DNA of 64,000 bases from Anolis carolinensis. Taxonomy: Eukaryota. The stretch is taken from the NCBI RefSeq assembly GCF_035594765.1, contig NC_085844.1, positions 87,373,923-87,437,922 on the forward strand. Reading direction: 5' to 3'. Shown here piece after piece: positions 25,688-39,100 of the stretch (positions are counted from its first letter, which is position 1; every line of letters starts with the position of its first letter). The notes under the pieces are model-generated. The model had not been told where the DNA came from and did no database searches. It was given only the letters and a program-made list of their open reading frames with translations. The position numbers and the translations under genes were made by a program.

Positions 25688-26297
25688 TTGCACTACAAAT
25701 AAGACATATGCAGTGTGCATCGGAATTTGTTTGTATGTTTTTTTCAAATGATAATCCGGCCCCTCAACAGTCAAGGATTGTGGACCGGCCCTTGGCTTAA
25801 AAAGTTTGAGGACCCCTGTCATAAAGTATGCAATTGAAGACTATAAAAACTTTTCTTCACACAAACAGGAGCAATAAAACTGCTACAGTTGCAACAGAGG
25901 AAGCGATAGTGGAGAAATCTTCATTTTGGGGTATGATTACTAAGAAATTGATAGTGAGAGATGTCTAGTCACCTAGGCAAAGATACTGAGTCAAACTAAT
26001 GCCTTCTGAGGTTTGGAAGTTGGGAGTGGGCCAAACCAGGGCAGAAAGCCTGTAGTTGAGAAGATTTGGATTTATTTAAATAAGTTATTGATTACACAGG
26101 GATATATTCAAATTTGTGTGTGTTTTCTCTCTTTTTTCTTTTAGAAAATGGGTATTCCATCCAAACTGATAGTTTGTGGAATGACATCCAATGGCTTCTC
26201 CATTGCAGACCCAGATGATAGAGGCATGTTAGATATTTGCGGTTTTGACGCAGCAGCACCAGATGTCATTCGAAACTTCATTTTGGATTTGATTTAA
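16383..26297 (+). CDS. RO60: 60 kDa SS-A/Ro ribonucleoprotein (TROVE + vWA domains), complete, 538 aa
   Basis: join 16383-16962, 19432-19652, 19939-20085, 20808-20945, 22087-22203, 23054-23167, 24658-24804, 26145-26297 = 1617 nt. [32 protein letters not shown] motif DVSASM, FTDNET, ends ...IRNFILDLI*. Confidence 0.98.
17232..17305. repeat. (TATC)n microsatellite
   Basis: ~18 units with one interruption. Confidence 0.95.
17365..17650. repeat. ~100-bp minisatellite, ~2.8 units
   Basis: Unit ttaataatattaatattaata..atagttactctgggaccctaagctgggtctgagaga.gtctgcttccccat.acagctgatgtgtgcca.tgggc starting 17412, 17515, 17615. Confidence 0.9.
19432..19652 (+). CDS. RO60: RO60 coding exon 2 (221 nt)
   Basis: (G)[12 protein letters not shown]...HLKSKE|gtaagt. 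Confidence 0.96.
19939..20085 (+). CDS. RO60: RO60 coding exon 3 (147 nt)
   Basis: [22 protein letters not shown]...EKLLKK. Confidence 0.96.
20808..20945 (+). CDS. RO60: RO60 coding exon 4 (138 nt)
   Basis: [30 protein letters not shown]...FYKTFK. Confidence 0.96.
21118..21388 (+). mobile_element. tRNA-headed A-tailed SINE (3' end resembles Vingi)
   Basis: 10-bp TSD CATAGTGTCA; B box cagttcgaatt; same family at 45643-46015 and 46040-46290. Confidence 0.8.
21651..22014 (+). mobile_element. hAT non-autonomous element (OC1/Charlie-like TIR)
   Basis: CAG(A/G)GGTCCTCAAACT TIR, 8-bp TSD ATCTAAAG. Confidence 0.8.
22087..22203 (+). CDS. RO60: RO60 coding exon 5 (117 nt)
   Basis: [21 protein letters not shown]...AAAMCM. 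Confidence 0.96.
23054..23167 (+). CDS. RO60: RO60 coding exon 6 (114 nt)
   Basis: [21 protein letters not shown]...QKMCE. Confidence 0.95.
24658..24804 (+). CDS. RO60: RO60 coding exon 7 (147 nt)
   Basis: [15 protein letters not shown]...[23 protein letters not shown]. Confidence 0.96.
25081..25818 (-). mobile_element. hAT non-autonomous element (same family), composite with L2 tail
   Basis: CAGGGGTCC(C/T)CAAACT TIRs, TSD TCATAAAG. Confidence 0.9.
26145..26297 (+). CDS. RO60: RO60 last coding exon (153 nt incl. TAA)
   Basis: [35 protein letters not shown]...LDLI*. Confidence 0.96.
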   Translation, partial: KMGIPSKLIVCGMTSNGFSIADPDDRGMLDICGFDAAAPDVIRNFILDLI

Positions 26298-28788
26298 TTC
26301 TGTGAACATATGCTTTCCTGGCGTTACCAGCTGAAGACTGATCTGGGACCTACCAATTGAATTGACTGATTGTATTAACTCATGGCTGAGTTTTAATGCA
26401 TCAATTAGAATGTTTAACATTTTAAAGGTGGGCAGAGGCAAAATCACTTCTGGGGAGACTGTTTAAATCTGTTGCACACTGTTAAAAATAACAATGGAAT
26501 GCCTTTTAGAAATAGCTGTGGAAAACAGTGTATGCTTCTAATTTTTTTATAATAGCTTATCCTTAACAAGGTATTCTATTGCTGTAGAATTTATTTTCCA
26601 GAATAATTTTACTCTTTTACTCCCTGTTTGGGAAGTTATTTCAATGTTTTACATTGTGTTGGGTTGATAAAAGAGAGGCCCAGTCTGTACTTCAGGTTAC
26701 CTCACTTCTATCAATGCGCATTGGCTCGCATTGCTTATAGCACATTTGTGTTTGGCAAATTGCTGCTTTCAGTGCTCCTTTTGTTAGTAAGGAATTCTGT
26801 ATATCCAGATACTGACTTATTTTGGGACAACTGGTTTGTTCTAAGGGGTTTGTGGGTATGGCTGTTTTTTGGTCTCCTCAACCCTTTTTGTTTTCAAGCA
26901 AGTCTTGCTAGATTTGCACAATTTTGTCATCATGGTTTAGGTTCTCACTGATTTAGGAATATGTTGCAAGACTCACTAAAAGAGAAAGGTGAGAAAATTA
27001 GGTTTAAATTCCTTTTCATCTAATAGAAAGGGAACAAAGAAGGGAACATGCATATTTATAGTGACATAAGAAATAGAATTAGATTCTAACATTATTTATG
27101 TATTACTTGTGTGTTCTGTAGTCTCATAATGAAGCAGAACTGGTGCCATGCTTCTAGTCCTTCCCTCTGTCTACCTGTTGAATGAGAATAGTTGCAAGAG
27201 AGCTGCCTTGCTGTGTGTGAGCAACTATGTACATTTAGGTAATACGCAGTTCTGCACATCCTAATTGTGTGGAGTTCCTACATGTGAACAAGAGTGAATG
27301 CATAGGCTTTTATTCCTAGATTCTGCTTAACACATAAAAGTCAAAATCTGGAATTAGCTGAGGAATGTGAAATTTGGACCAAACCTAGAAGTGCTGCCTC
27401 CTTCTGTTTCACCACAGGATTAACCCTACATATGTGGGTAACATATGAGGAAGGGTTGTGAAACAACTCTATGTGTAATGTAGCTGAACCAATAAAATTC
27501 TCAGATGTTTTGTGTGCAGCTGAGGCCAGTGAGAAACATGTTACTAGATTAAGTTATCAGTAAAACAGTAGTGCAGAAAAAAACCTAAAAACCAACCCTT
27601 GTGTTTTTCATCTCTACTGTACTATAACAAAGTACTTATAAGAATGTGTTAGACCATGTGACTGTGATAGGAGTACAAAAGTTACATATTTTAAAAGGGA
27701 GAAACTATCGTAAAATTGTACTGTTAGATTGTGTCCATAGATTGTGTGAGAGAGGCATTTTGTGCAACTGATGTTACTCTTCTCCCTGCTCTCCTCTGCA
27801 TTCTTTCAGTGAGTTTTTTCACCCCCATAAAGTCAAGCAGAGAACCTTTGCTCCAGAGTGGCTCAGATAGTATAACTTCCTTTTTCTGTTTCAAGTGATA
27901 ATCCCTTTGGAATATACCAGCCAGCCCTTTTTTGTTTCGAGGTGCAAGTAGAAGGAAAGAAAAAAATAAGCTGAAATAGTTGCCTTCTGCTTAATAACCA
28001 ATGATAGAACTTAATCTTATTAGGCTTTTTGGAGTCGAATGTGGATGTTCTCTATCACAACCTACTGTGAAAGAGATGGGAGATACACAAGGAGTTTTAA
28101 TTATTGCTCAAACCTAGCTTCCTTCATTGAGGCTGTTTAGAAGTACGTCTACATGTCGAACTCTTTGTCTTTACAGAGTCCTTGAATTAATAGTCCAATA
28201 GTTAGAGCAAAACTAATAAATTGTATTGGGGTCCTCAAATGTAATACATATAATATAAAGACACTTTCTAATGGTTTTATCATTTAGCTTGACGAGATTC
28301 TTTTTAGTGCAGCTGGGGAAATACTTCTCCGTTCAAGCAGTGATATTATCTGAAAATCAAGCATAATTGTAACCAGGTAATTATACAGTACAGCCAATAA
28401 CCTTATACATTTTATAGCCAAGTACTTATATAGGACTGAACTGGGTAATTATATGCTTTATACAGTAGCTTCTACGATTGTAGCAACTGTCAGCTTATTT
28501 CAGTCAAACATGTTTGTAGTCTGTGTAAGAGATGTCTCCTGTAGGGGCTTACATTTTTGCACCACTGTAGAACATTTTTAGGGTCTCTTCCCCCCCCCCC
28601 CCCCAAGTGCTTAAAATTGCCTGGGGAAATTGTCTTAACACCATTTTATTATAGTACCTAAAGAAATAACACAAATCCGCTAGAATGTGCAGTTGTTGCA
28701 AAATGTGCATCATAGAATCTGATGCTATTTATGTAGTGAAGTGTGCTTAATATAGTTGATGGGTTAGAGGAGTATTTGATTAAATTGT

Positions 28789-29293
28789 GGGCGCTTCCAG
28801 ACAGGGCTTAAACCCATGCCGAAGCAGGATTAAGAAACTCACTTGGGCATGGGTTTTAACTCCCCACGTTCCCACAAAAAACTGGGGTTTCCTGGTGGGG
28901 TGTCCCCATGCCATCCTGATAATTTCCGGGATGGCATGGGGCCACCCCCCCCCCCCCCAAAATAAGCCTCATAAGTAAAAAACAAAACAAAAACTTACCG
29001 GGCTGATATTACATTTAATGCTTGGGGGTGGGGAGGGGATGCCCTTTCAGTTCTCCGAGAGGGTTTTGGGGACTGACCCTCAGGACTACCTGGAAGTCAG
29101 TCCACACAGGCCCCATTCACCATTAGACCTGGGCCTTTTAGAAAGGCCCAGGTCTAATGGGGTATTTTATTCGGAACAAAGCAGAGTTTACCTGCTTTGT
29201 CCCAAGTTAATTCAGTTTTGCCGGAGGCATTGTTTGGACACCTCCGGTAAAAGCTCCACAGGCCCTAGTTTTGGGGCCTGTATGGAAGGACCC
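28789..29293. mobile_element. PIF/Harbinger-type non-autonomous element (~505 bp)
   Basis: TIR gggcgcttccagacagg / cctgtatggaaggaccc; GC-rich insert in AT-rich context. Confidence 0.6.
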
Positions 29294-32200
29294 TGAGATG
29301 GAAAGGGTGTCCAATTAATTGAAAAACACCTTTAATTATGATGATGATGATAACATGGTTTGGCATCTAAATGGATCTCCATTGCTAACAGAAAATTTCT
29401 ACAAGTGAATGGGTAGCATCTTGCCAATGCACCTCAAGGTTTGGAGAGATGTGTGGTAAGAGAAGACAGTAAGGGAAAAATTGGTTGCACCATTAAAAAT
29501 ATAAGTAACAGCAATATTGGATATACCAATACTGTATAAGCTCTTGAAACTACAAGGGTAATATCTTAAGAATAATGTTTGAAATTTCATACCGTTAAAG
29601 TAAGTGGGATTCAGTTCTGTAAGCCCTGAGAGTGTAGATACTTTTAGGCTCTCAACAGAAGTCACGAGTTATCAAAAGCAGCTCTCTTGCAATCATGCCA
29701 TTTGAAAAACTTGTGGACGCATCAATCTCTGTGTGTAAAATGATTTCCACTAAAGTATCTGAAAATGTTTCTGGAGTGTTGAACTGCTTCTCCAGCATCT
29801 TGAATTATATTTGTTCTAAATTTGCTCTCTTGTATAATTTCTAAGAGAGCTCTTCAGGCATTTCCTACGTAATTGTACAAAATAAACAATTTTGGTTCTT
29901 ACGGATGTTGTGCCTCTTCCTCTAAGGAGACATTGAGTTTGCTTTATAGGCATCATTAATATATGGGTGTCGCTGGCAGTTAAGTCAAAATGGACACAAC
30001 CACTTCCCTCCTTTGGTAGAACTCTTAAAGCAACTGGTAAAGCAGACAGTCCTTGTTACACCTTACAATAATATGACATTACAATAATATGAATGTCATA
30101 TTAAATAATCTCATTGGTGCAATGCCCAGCAAATGCTTAAAGCATGCAAGGTAGTGTCACTACAAAGATCCATTGAACTGTGATTGGATATTTGATGGAC
30201 ACTGGTTCAGCTCTGTGTGCCCACATTGCCTTTGCTCCCCTACCCACCACCCAGGCTTTTAGTACATGTCAGCCTTTGCGCTTGGTTGCTAGCCTTGCTT
30301 TGGATAAAAGACACTGATGTTACAGGAACCACCATTTTTTCTCTGATTTCCTACAATTAACTTTGTTCTCCTCCTGTGACAGGTCTAATTTTTGCCAGTC
30401 AAAAGTATTATTGCCACCAGCTCCCTCTGTTGCCAATTAGTAACATTTTATTTCATCCATAAACTATGTATATAACATGGATATCTCATAAGGATCATAG
30501 AGCTGAAAATACAGATTTCATTCCAGCAAACACCTTAATGTCATGTTGACCTACATTATTCCATAGTATTACATATATGTCAGGCTAACAGGTGGGTATT
30601 ACATGTAGTACAGAGGCTCTTATTCACTTGCATTGAAGTGCTTGCATCGAATAAGTTGAGGAAAGGTTTTGGGACCAAATTATGGATTGTGATATGACCC
30701 ATGGGTAAGTTGAAATTCATTCTGTTGTGGGGGAAAACACCAATGCCACCCAGCAGCCTCTGGCCACCACTGCCATTTCTACTCCCAGGCCTTTAAAAAA
30801 GTCAGAAACACTGCCCTAGCAAAGAGAGTTGAAGGGTTCAATGCTTTTTTTTGGTCCTTCTGGGACAAATTAAGCTTTTGTCTTCTGCCACTCAACATAG
30901 AGAAGGGACAGTTCCTTCTTTGGCAAGTGTTAAGGTATAGTAATATTGACACATCAATCTAGGTTTTTTTGGGTTGCTTTTTTTACTAAAATGTCTAAAT
31001 GCATATATAGACCAGTTGTAAATAATAGTGTCTATTGGATTGAATCAAGCACAATATTCTTGTTCAGTGTAAAGGTGTTTGCCGAATGCATTTTTTTAAA
31101 ATGATGTGTACAATGGAACATATTGGATAAATACTTAGTTCTGGTTTTAATACACGTATAAGCATGCATAGAAAACATCCAGTAGTTCACAAAGAATATA
31201 GAATTTTCCTTTTTTCAGTAGGTTTCCATTAGCTTTAGCAAAGTACCATTGCAATAATGATATATGAAAAGACAAAGGGCCAAACATAATACTTTTAGCA
31301 GCGCTGATATTCAACACATGTGCAACTATCCTATACTTCCAGATCACTCAGATGACAGATATGTCATTTGCAGAGTTTCGTTAATTATTTGACAGTCTTA
31401 CAGAGAGGCTGTTAATACCTGTATTGCCTCACATATCTCAAATCTGCACAGGAGTAATGAATTGATAGTTTTGACTCTCACTTCTGGAAGGATAATATGT
31501 TTTTCAATTCCCTGTAAGATTTTTCTGCTACAAGAAGGAAGTTTTGCCAGTTTAGTTTCTGCAGAATATTTTTCCAGAACTGATAACTTGATCTTGTAGG
31601 CTTTATCTGGTAGGTTGATCTGGCTACTTGTTTCTATTGTATGTGCAAAGCAGACAGGATCTTGTAGGTCAGGACACAAGAGAACCATAAGTTAACCTTG
31701 TCATCCCATTTCTGGAATGGAAAAGGTAACTCCAGATAGTTTCAAAAGTATTTGTGGCATTGTACAGGGATTTGAAATTCAAAGGTTTGGTAAGAAGTTA
31801 TTTTACCTCCAAGTAAATAGGAAAAAGGTAAGTGCATACATACATAACATAATATCACAAGCTGTCTCAAGCACCTAATTATTAAACAGGGAAGTTCAGT
31901 TTTCTATTCTTTATGCTTAGAATTAAACACTAAGGAAAAAATCCACGTGTTAATATGGTCTTATGTATCTCAGCATCTTGGGGATGGGGTGTGTGTGTCT
32001 GTGCAGAGAACCAGCAGAAGGGAGACACTTAATCCTTTTCCGTGTGACCATTTTTTATTGAAAAAGGATGCTCACCATCCCTCAAATTAGGAACCAAAAG
32101 CAGGAACAAGGAACAGTTACTGGCAATAAATTAATGTTTCCAATATATATCTGGGTCCTGGTTAGAATCTAAAGAGACCTGAATGTGGGTAGCAGGAACG

Positions 32201-32986
32201 GCAGTTCTGCATCATCTCAGAACTTCGTTGCGGTGTGAAATAGATTCTTTGGAGCAATCTGACCTATCAAGCACTCAATTGTCTATCTTCCATGATTTTA
32301 GAAGAGGATCTTTTTCAGGACGCTGAATTGAAGGTGAGACGTTTTAAGATTCCAGGAATATGCAATACCATTGAGCTAAACATCAGGAGTGGCTTCTTGG
32401 CAATGCATAGATCACTGACTGAATTTTACAGCAGAGGGAAAATGGCACTCTCATATTCAACCACAAAAAGGAAGTTTTATAAATAAATTGTATTGATATT
32501 GAAATATTTTCATGCAGCTTTGGTTGTGTGGAAGACCAAAACATGCTACTCATTAAAGTTCAGAAGAAAAATGTTTTGAGTGGATTGATTTTTCACCAAC
32601 GTTGCTGTTTACATTTACTTTTGTATCCTAGCAACTAAATATTTTGGTGTAGCAACTGGTAATATAGAGGAATAACTGCTGCATTTTACCTCCATCTGCA
32701 ACCGTATGACAAACCTTTTGGATCCACTAGGCACACTGGAAACATGAAACTCTTGCAACGGTTGTTATTAAATGAAATGGTTGCCACTGTTGGATAAGAG
32801 TATAGTCAATGCATCTGGATGGGATCTCACTGGCAGAGAGAACTCTAGATCTTTATAACCCATCTAAAGCTGTCAAAGTGTTTTGTATGTATTAAGGAAA
32901 CATGATACCAAATGAGGTTAGGAATGAAGAGTAAGTAAATGTGGAGTCTTTATGAGCCCAGCAATAACACACTGTCAAAAATGAGG

Positions 32987-33133
32987 TTAAGGAAGACTAC
33001 ATGTCTGTCTTGAGCGTCCATCTCTTTGGATTTGACATTGGTGAACTAGTGGAAGCAGCCTGCCTTCCTGGTGAAGTCTCTGAGTGTCTGTAGCACCTCC
33101 AACAAAGGTTCCATTGATAAATATTCTGGGAAC
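32987..33133 (-). CDS. GLRX2: GLRX2 exon 4 (147 nt incl. TAA)
   Basis: VPRIFINGTFVGGATDTQRLHQEGRLLPLVHQCQIQRDGRSRQTCSLP*. Confidence 0.96.
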   Translation of the reverse strand, partial: VPRIFINGTFVGGATDTQRLHQEGRLLPLVHQCQIQRDGRSRQTCSLP

Positions 33134-36100
33134 CTGTCATAGAAAAAAAATCAATGTTACCTCCTTGGCACAAAGTTCAGAGCACTACAGTGTTACCACA
33201 CATGTCATGTAAGATTTCTGAACAGATTCGGATATGTTGTTAAGAAGTGGTTGAAAGAATTGTGAACAGCCATCATTTGATAGTTTGGGATAAAAAGTCA
33301 AGATAACAGGAGCTTATCTAAATATCTAGTTTATCCAGTTTGAGCATCTAGTGAAGTAAATTGTTCTAAATTACAAATGAGACTGCCTTTCGCAAATCAA
33401 CTAAATGACAAATTGAACAAAATAGTTTACATGTTTCAGCACAATATTTCACTGTATTATAATTTAGGGTTTAAAAAAAGAAATCAAGGAATAATATGAT
33501 TGCAAAAGTTGTAGGATAAATGATAAAGTAAGGAAGGGTTCAAGATTATGACTCAAAAGCAATAATCTGCAAAATATTGTCATTGGGCATCTACCACCTG
33601 ACTTCCTTCAATGCAGGTTTTCTGTCAGAAAGGATAGTAAAAGTGTTTAGAAAGTGAAAAAAAAGTCTGCTATGCTAAGGAAATTAAATTCGTAACTCAC
33701 CCCAAGCCTATCTGAAAAACTAGCTGTTTTGACATAAAAACAATTTTGTTCTTTAAACATTTGAAGTAATCACATTGATACATGAGACATTATCATGTAA
33801 GAGATCCACCTGGTCCACTTTTTCTTCAAGTGATCAACTTTTCTCTGCAGAGATACCTAGTGACCTCCATGACCACAAATAGGGCATGAAGCAATAACTC
33901 CTTTCTTATAGTAATTCTCCAGCAACTTGTATACCACTATTAATAGCCATTGACATCTTTATGGAAGATAGGCCTATCTCAGCACAGCAGAATCATGTGT
34001 GCTCCAGATGGTTGGAATTCAGCTTAAAGAAGCTTCAGCCAATGGGCAACATGGACAAGTGGGATTTCTGGTCTTAAAAACATGAAGGGCCACAAAGGTT
34101 CCCCACTTCTTTTTCAAAGTCATCGAGCTTAGAAACTACTACTAGATACTTGGGTAGCAAATACACTACATTACACTATGTGACAACATTTGAAAAAAAA
34201 TCTGTTCCTGATTTGAAAGTATTATTGTGCAGTATTTACTTTGAAAGTAATTGTATACTCCAGGAACGTTGTTTTTCTGGCTGCTACAAACTATGTTGAA
34301 TTGGTTGAGACGCTCTGAAATATTTATTGAAAAACTATAGCAAAATGTGCTGCAAGATGTCCTGCAAAAACATGATTTTTACACTTTAATATACTTTTTC
34401 CATGTTTTATGATAGAACCAATTAGAAAATCATATTTATAACTCAGGAAAAAATAGTGTTACGTAGTGTTATGGATGGTGTCAATAAATACTTGTGTTTG
34501 GTGAATATACAGGCTGAGTCTTCCTTAAGAAGAAATATTTAAGATAAGAGGCTTTCAGAAATACACGCTGAATAAGGGATGAGGGAAAAGGGGGTAAAGA
34601 CTGGCTATCGGGATATTTTCAAGACTGGCTGTCAGGATATTTTCTGCCTTTTTGCTACAAAGCAAGGGGGAAATCCTCCTGCCTCCCATGAGTCTTTTCC
34701 ATTTTCTCTAGACTACATACAGACAGCAGCTAAGGGTCTGAGCTCACCCTTGTATGCTGGTTCGAAGACACTAGCCCCACACCAATGATTGGGTAGAAGG
34801 TGAGCATGGAAGCTTCTGGGACATCTTTTGATAGGGGCCTTGTGTGAGTCCTTTCCCCTTTTCACCATCAGATTTCTAACAGTGGTGGAATAAGAGCTCA
34901 TTGAAGAAAAATTCAGCAGGTGCTGGACAAGTGCCTACTCACTTTCCCCAAAGGTGGGAATGGGTGGCTGGTGAGCCAAAAGGTCTTAGGAATATTTTTG
35001 ATTTCTTGTATTGAAGTATATAGCACAGCAGACTACACAGCTGAACCTTTAAGGCCTAAGGAAGAGATGAAGAATATCTCTTTGGATGCTGAATCTTTTA
35101 AAGATTGCAATTCCCAAACACGTCTACACATCATGGCCGATGGTGAAGGATCAGAGAATGATACAGAACTATAGTTCAATATCTGGAGGGCCCCACATTT
35201 CTTACCCACACTTCCAGATAATACATTTGAAAAGGAAGTACTCACTGTCCTGCCACCAGTCATTTGATGAAGAACATCCTGAAACTGACTGCCATTTTCT
35301 TTTCTATCCAGTTCTATGGCTGTGTAATTTATATTTGCATCATGGAATAACTTCTTGGCCATGTTGCAGTAAGAACATGTTGTTTTTGAAAAGATCACTA
35401 CACAGTTGTCTGAGATAGTTTCCTGTGTATTAAAGCAAAAAAAAATGTGTGAGAAATTATATGTTAGTTTTTTCCACTAATGATAAGATGTTCACATTTT
35501 GATTTCCCTTTGCTTGAAGTATAAGAATTTATAGTACAGTGCAATCCTATGCATCTTTACCCAGAAATAAATCCACTCAATTCAAATGGATTTATCTCTA
35601 GGTAAATGTATATAAGATTTACATAGAGATGGATCATCATTGTAGAAAACAACTCATTTTCTACCCAAGTCTCTCTTTTTTAAGCACCAATATACTTAGA
35701 TACTAAAGACAGTTAAGTCCAGGAGAATATTCCATTATATAGGTTCCAAAAAAAAAATTAACATTCATGCTTCTTATCTTCAATCTTGCCTTTCTTTTTT
35801 ACAAAAGCCCCATCATATTCAAGGTACCTGTGTATACAATTGCAGCTTAAATGGGGCAGGGATAGAAAAAATGGAAACCTTTGCTAAAGGAGATAGAAAT
35901 ATATATTCTTTCTTCACACTTGCATATTATGGGAGAAAGGTCTGTCCTTTCCTAGGTATGATTATTATTGAACTCAGATCAGAGTTTCAGTTGAGTCAAT
36001 ATGACTAGCTGACTAGTGTGTTTTTCAGCAACAACTGCACAATTTTATTAATCTGTATTTAAATAAAGAAGAATAAAACTACCTCTTCAAAGTAGCTGTC

Positions 36101-39100
36101 CATCCTGAATGAAGACTGGATAGCTATATAGTATTGAGACGTAACTATAGCTTCCATTAGGAGCCACTTTCTATTCTATGTATTCATTCATAATATTGTT
36201 ATCCCACTCTGTATGTTAAGATGTCAGTCCAAATAGAATAAACTTAAACAGACTAAAAAGCATATTTGGACAGAATTAGACCCCAGAGGCCTCAATAAGC
36301 AGCCATGTTTCACCATGGTGCTAGAATGACAACCAGGGTTCCACAGCTGAGGAGGCCTTCAATCCTTACACATGCTTATATTGTTAACAGATACCTATGT
36401 AAAACAATTCAAAGAATGCAAGACAATGAGTCCTACCAAGTTCACAGGAAAAACAGCAACATAATTTTTCTAACCATAAACATACAGATCTTTATCTCTA
36501 TCGATGAGTCCATCATGAAAACCTTCAGATTTATGTTAGTTTCAATAGAAACGTCACATGGAATGATAATCCAGTTGCTACTACCAATTGGTATAGACCC
36601 ATGGGATTTACATTAATATTATCCAGCAATTGCTTCAGTAGGTTTTACTGGGACTGACAGTTGTATTCTGGTCAACATAATAAGCATCTTCACTCACCTT
36701 AATGTGGTTAGCAGTAGCAGTATTTGATAAGTCTGTAGTAATAGATGGACTGTTTCCCATTCTAAAATAAAGCCAATAATAGTCAATTACAATCATGCCT
36801 TGCAGAATTTAGTCAGTCTTATAGACTATATTATGACCACAATCCTATGCTTATTTACCAGTAATACCTACAGAACTCAACAGGACCCAGTAGACATATA
36901 TAGAATTGGTATAATGTTCAACAAGAAAAGAATGAGGAAAAAAGCATATACTAGCAAATGTATTTTTTCATTCATTTTTAAGCAACCTCATAATGCATGC
37001 CTCCAACTGTCATTGGGATTCCATGTTTCCACCATATATTGTCATATTTAGGGCTGATAAGAGCTGTTGGTGAATTAAATGTAGTAATCAGAAGTTTCCC
37101 ATCAATAATATTTCCCATCTCTAATATAGCCCATAACAAAGGAATCCTATGAGTATTCAAAGATCCAGTAAGTTCACTGGGGCTTACTTTTGTTCAGCTG
37201 TTACAGGATTTCAACCTACCGACATGATAGATATATATAATCCAAATGACAGCATTTTAGATTTTATATCTTTATGCACCTGTATTTGCAGCAGTAATTT
37301 ATTCAAGCCTCTCTTTATATAGACACCCCACAAAAGACATTAACGTTAACTCTTAAAATGTCAAAATCATACGAAAAATAAACTGAACATGAAAAGTTTG
37401 AAGCTATATTTGGAAAACAAGGAGTTGGGTTAGTTGAAACTTGAGGCTATCTCCACTTATTCAACAACATGATTTCCAGAGAGTTTGGAAGTAATTCTTG
37501 CTCTCCAAATTTAGCTATATGGATATGGGCGACTTCATTTCTCTGGAATATGAACTGAACTCAGGCAACATATCAAAATTTGAAAGTTAACACAATGTAG
37601 GCTTACCTGCTATTATATCTTTTTCCTGGCAGGGTAGTTAAACCTTTCAAACCAACAAACTCACTCTTGCATTCCCTGCTCAAATGTATCGGAGAGTCTT
37701 CACTGTGGTCTGCCTGAATATTTCCCCTACAGCAGTTTTGAGGGAAGATAGTGGAAAGTTCCTTTTTGTGAACACAACTTTCCATGTGATCTTGGTAAAG
37801 CTTGAACCAGTAACTCTTAGGTATCATCTTTCCCCTCACAATACATGGAATGTTTTAATCAGAACTCATGGAAAATTCCCAAATGCATGTATTTGTATTT
37901 ACTTCCTTTACTTTTTTTTCCAGATCAGAACAAAGTAATTTCTCTCAAAGTAGATAAAATTTATGTTGCCATGTGTTCATTATACCAGGAATTTATTTTA
38001 GTTATCACACAGGATTCTGATCTGTGATTTTAATATTAATATTTAACATCTATTCTTATTCAAGATCACATCATACCATACGTATCACCTGTCGACTTAT
38101 GGTGACTCCATGACTTTTATAGAGCTTTCTTACACAAGGAGTGCTCAGAGATATTTTTGCCAGTTCCTTCTTCTGAAATATGGCATAGAGCCCTTGGGAT
38201 TCATTATATGTTACCCATCCAAGTATTAACCAGGGATAAACCTGCTTAGCCTTTAAGATCACATGGGGCCTGATCAAATATACAGTAGACTTTCAGTTAA
38301 CCAGACCTCTCAAACAACCAGTAAAAATTAAAATTAATGTATAATACAGTTAAACTATGTTATATTAAGTTTGTCTTTATTCGCTTTTAATTACATATTA
38401 ATATTCAAGTCAATAAAGAGTTTATAGTATGGTATAGTATGGGGTATCATATTAGGCCTATTTTTAATAACTCTGAAACATTCAGAAATTACATTTATCT
38501 GGCATCTACCAATCTCTAGGGATGCCAGTTATCTGAGAGTTTACTGTACTTGGACAACACTATGTAACGTTCTTTGAAAAAATGATGTTTCTGGTTTGAA
38601 AGTGTTGTTTCCTGTTTAATTGTGTGGTACTTACAGTAGAATCTCACTTATCCAACACTCACTTATCCAATGTTCTGGATTATCCAACGCATTTTTGTAG
38701 TCAGTGTTTTCAAAACATCGTGATATTTTGGTGCTAAATTCGTAAATACAGTAACTACTGCATAGCATTACTGCATATTAAACTACTTTTTTGTCAAATT
38801 TGTTGTCTAACGTGATGTTTCGGTGCTTAATTTGTAAAATCATAACCTAATTTGATGTTTAATAGGCTTTTCCTTAATCCCTCCTTATTATCCAACATAT
38901 TCACTTATCCAACGTTCTGCTGGCCCGTTTATGTTGGCTAAGTGAGACTCTACTGTACTTTGCAAATAGTTGCTATACTCTATAAATGTGCTGCAGGATA
39001 TAGATAACAACAACAACAACAACACTTCATTTGTACCCCACCCTATCTCAACGAGGGTACTCAGGGTGGTTTCCAACAAAAGTAACAAAATGGCAAACAT

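Noticed and set aside
13000-33000. Y RNA gene near RO60, as in bacterial rsr loci
   Set aside because: No GGCTGGTCCGA-type Y RNA stem or Pol III type-3 promoter seen; vertebrate Y RNAs lie elsewhere.
32990-33001. GLRX2 ends in CSLP, resembling a CaaX box
   Set aside because: Terminal Pro is not a typical X residue for prenyltransferases; no conservation evidence available.
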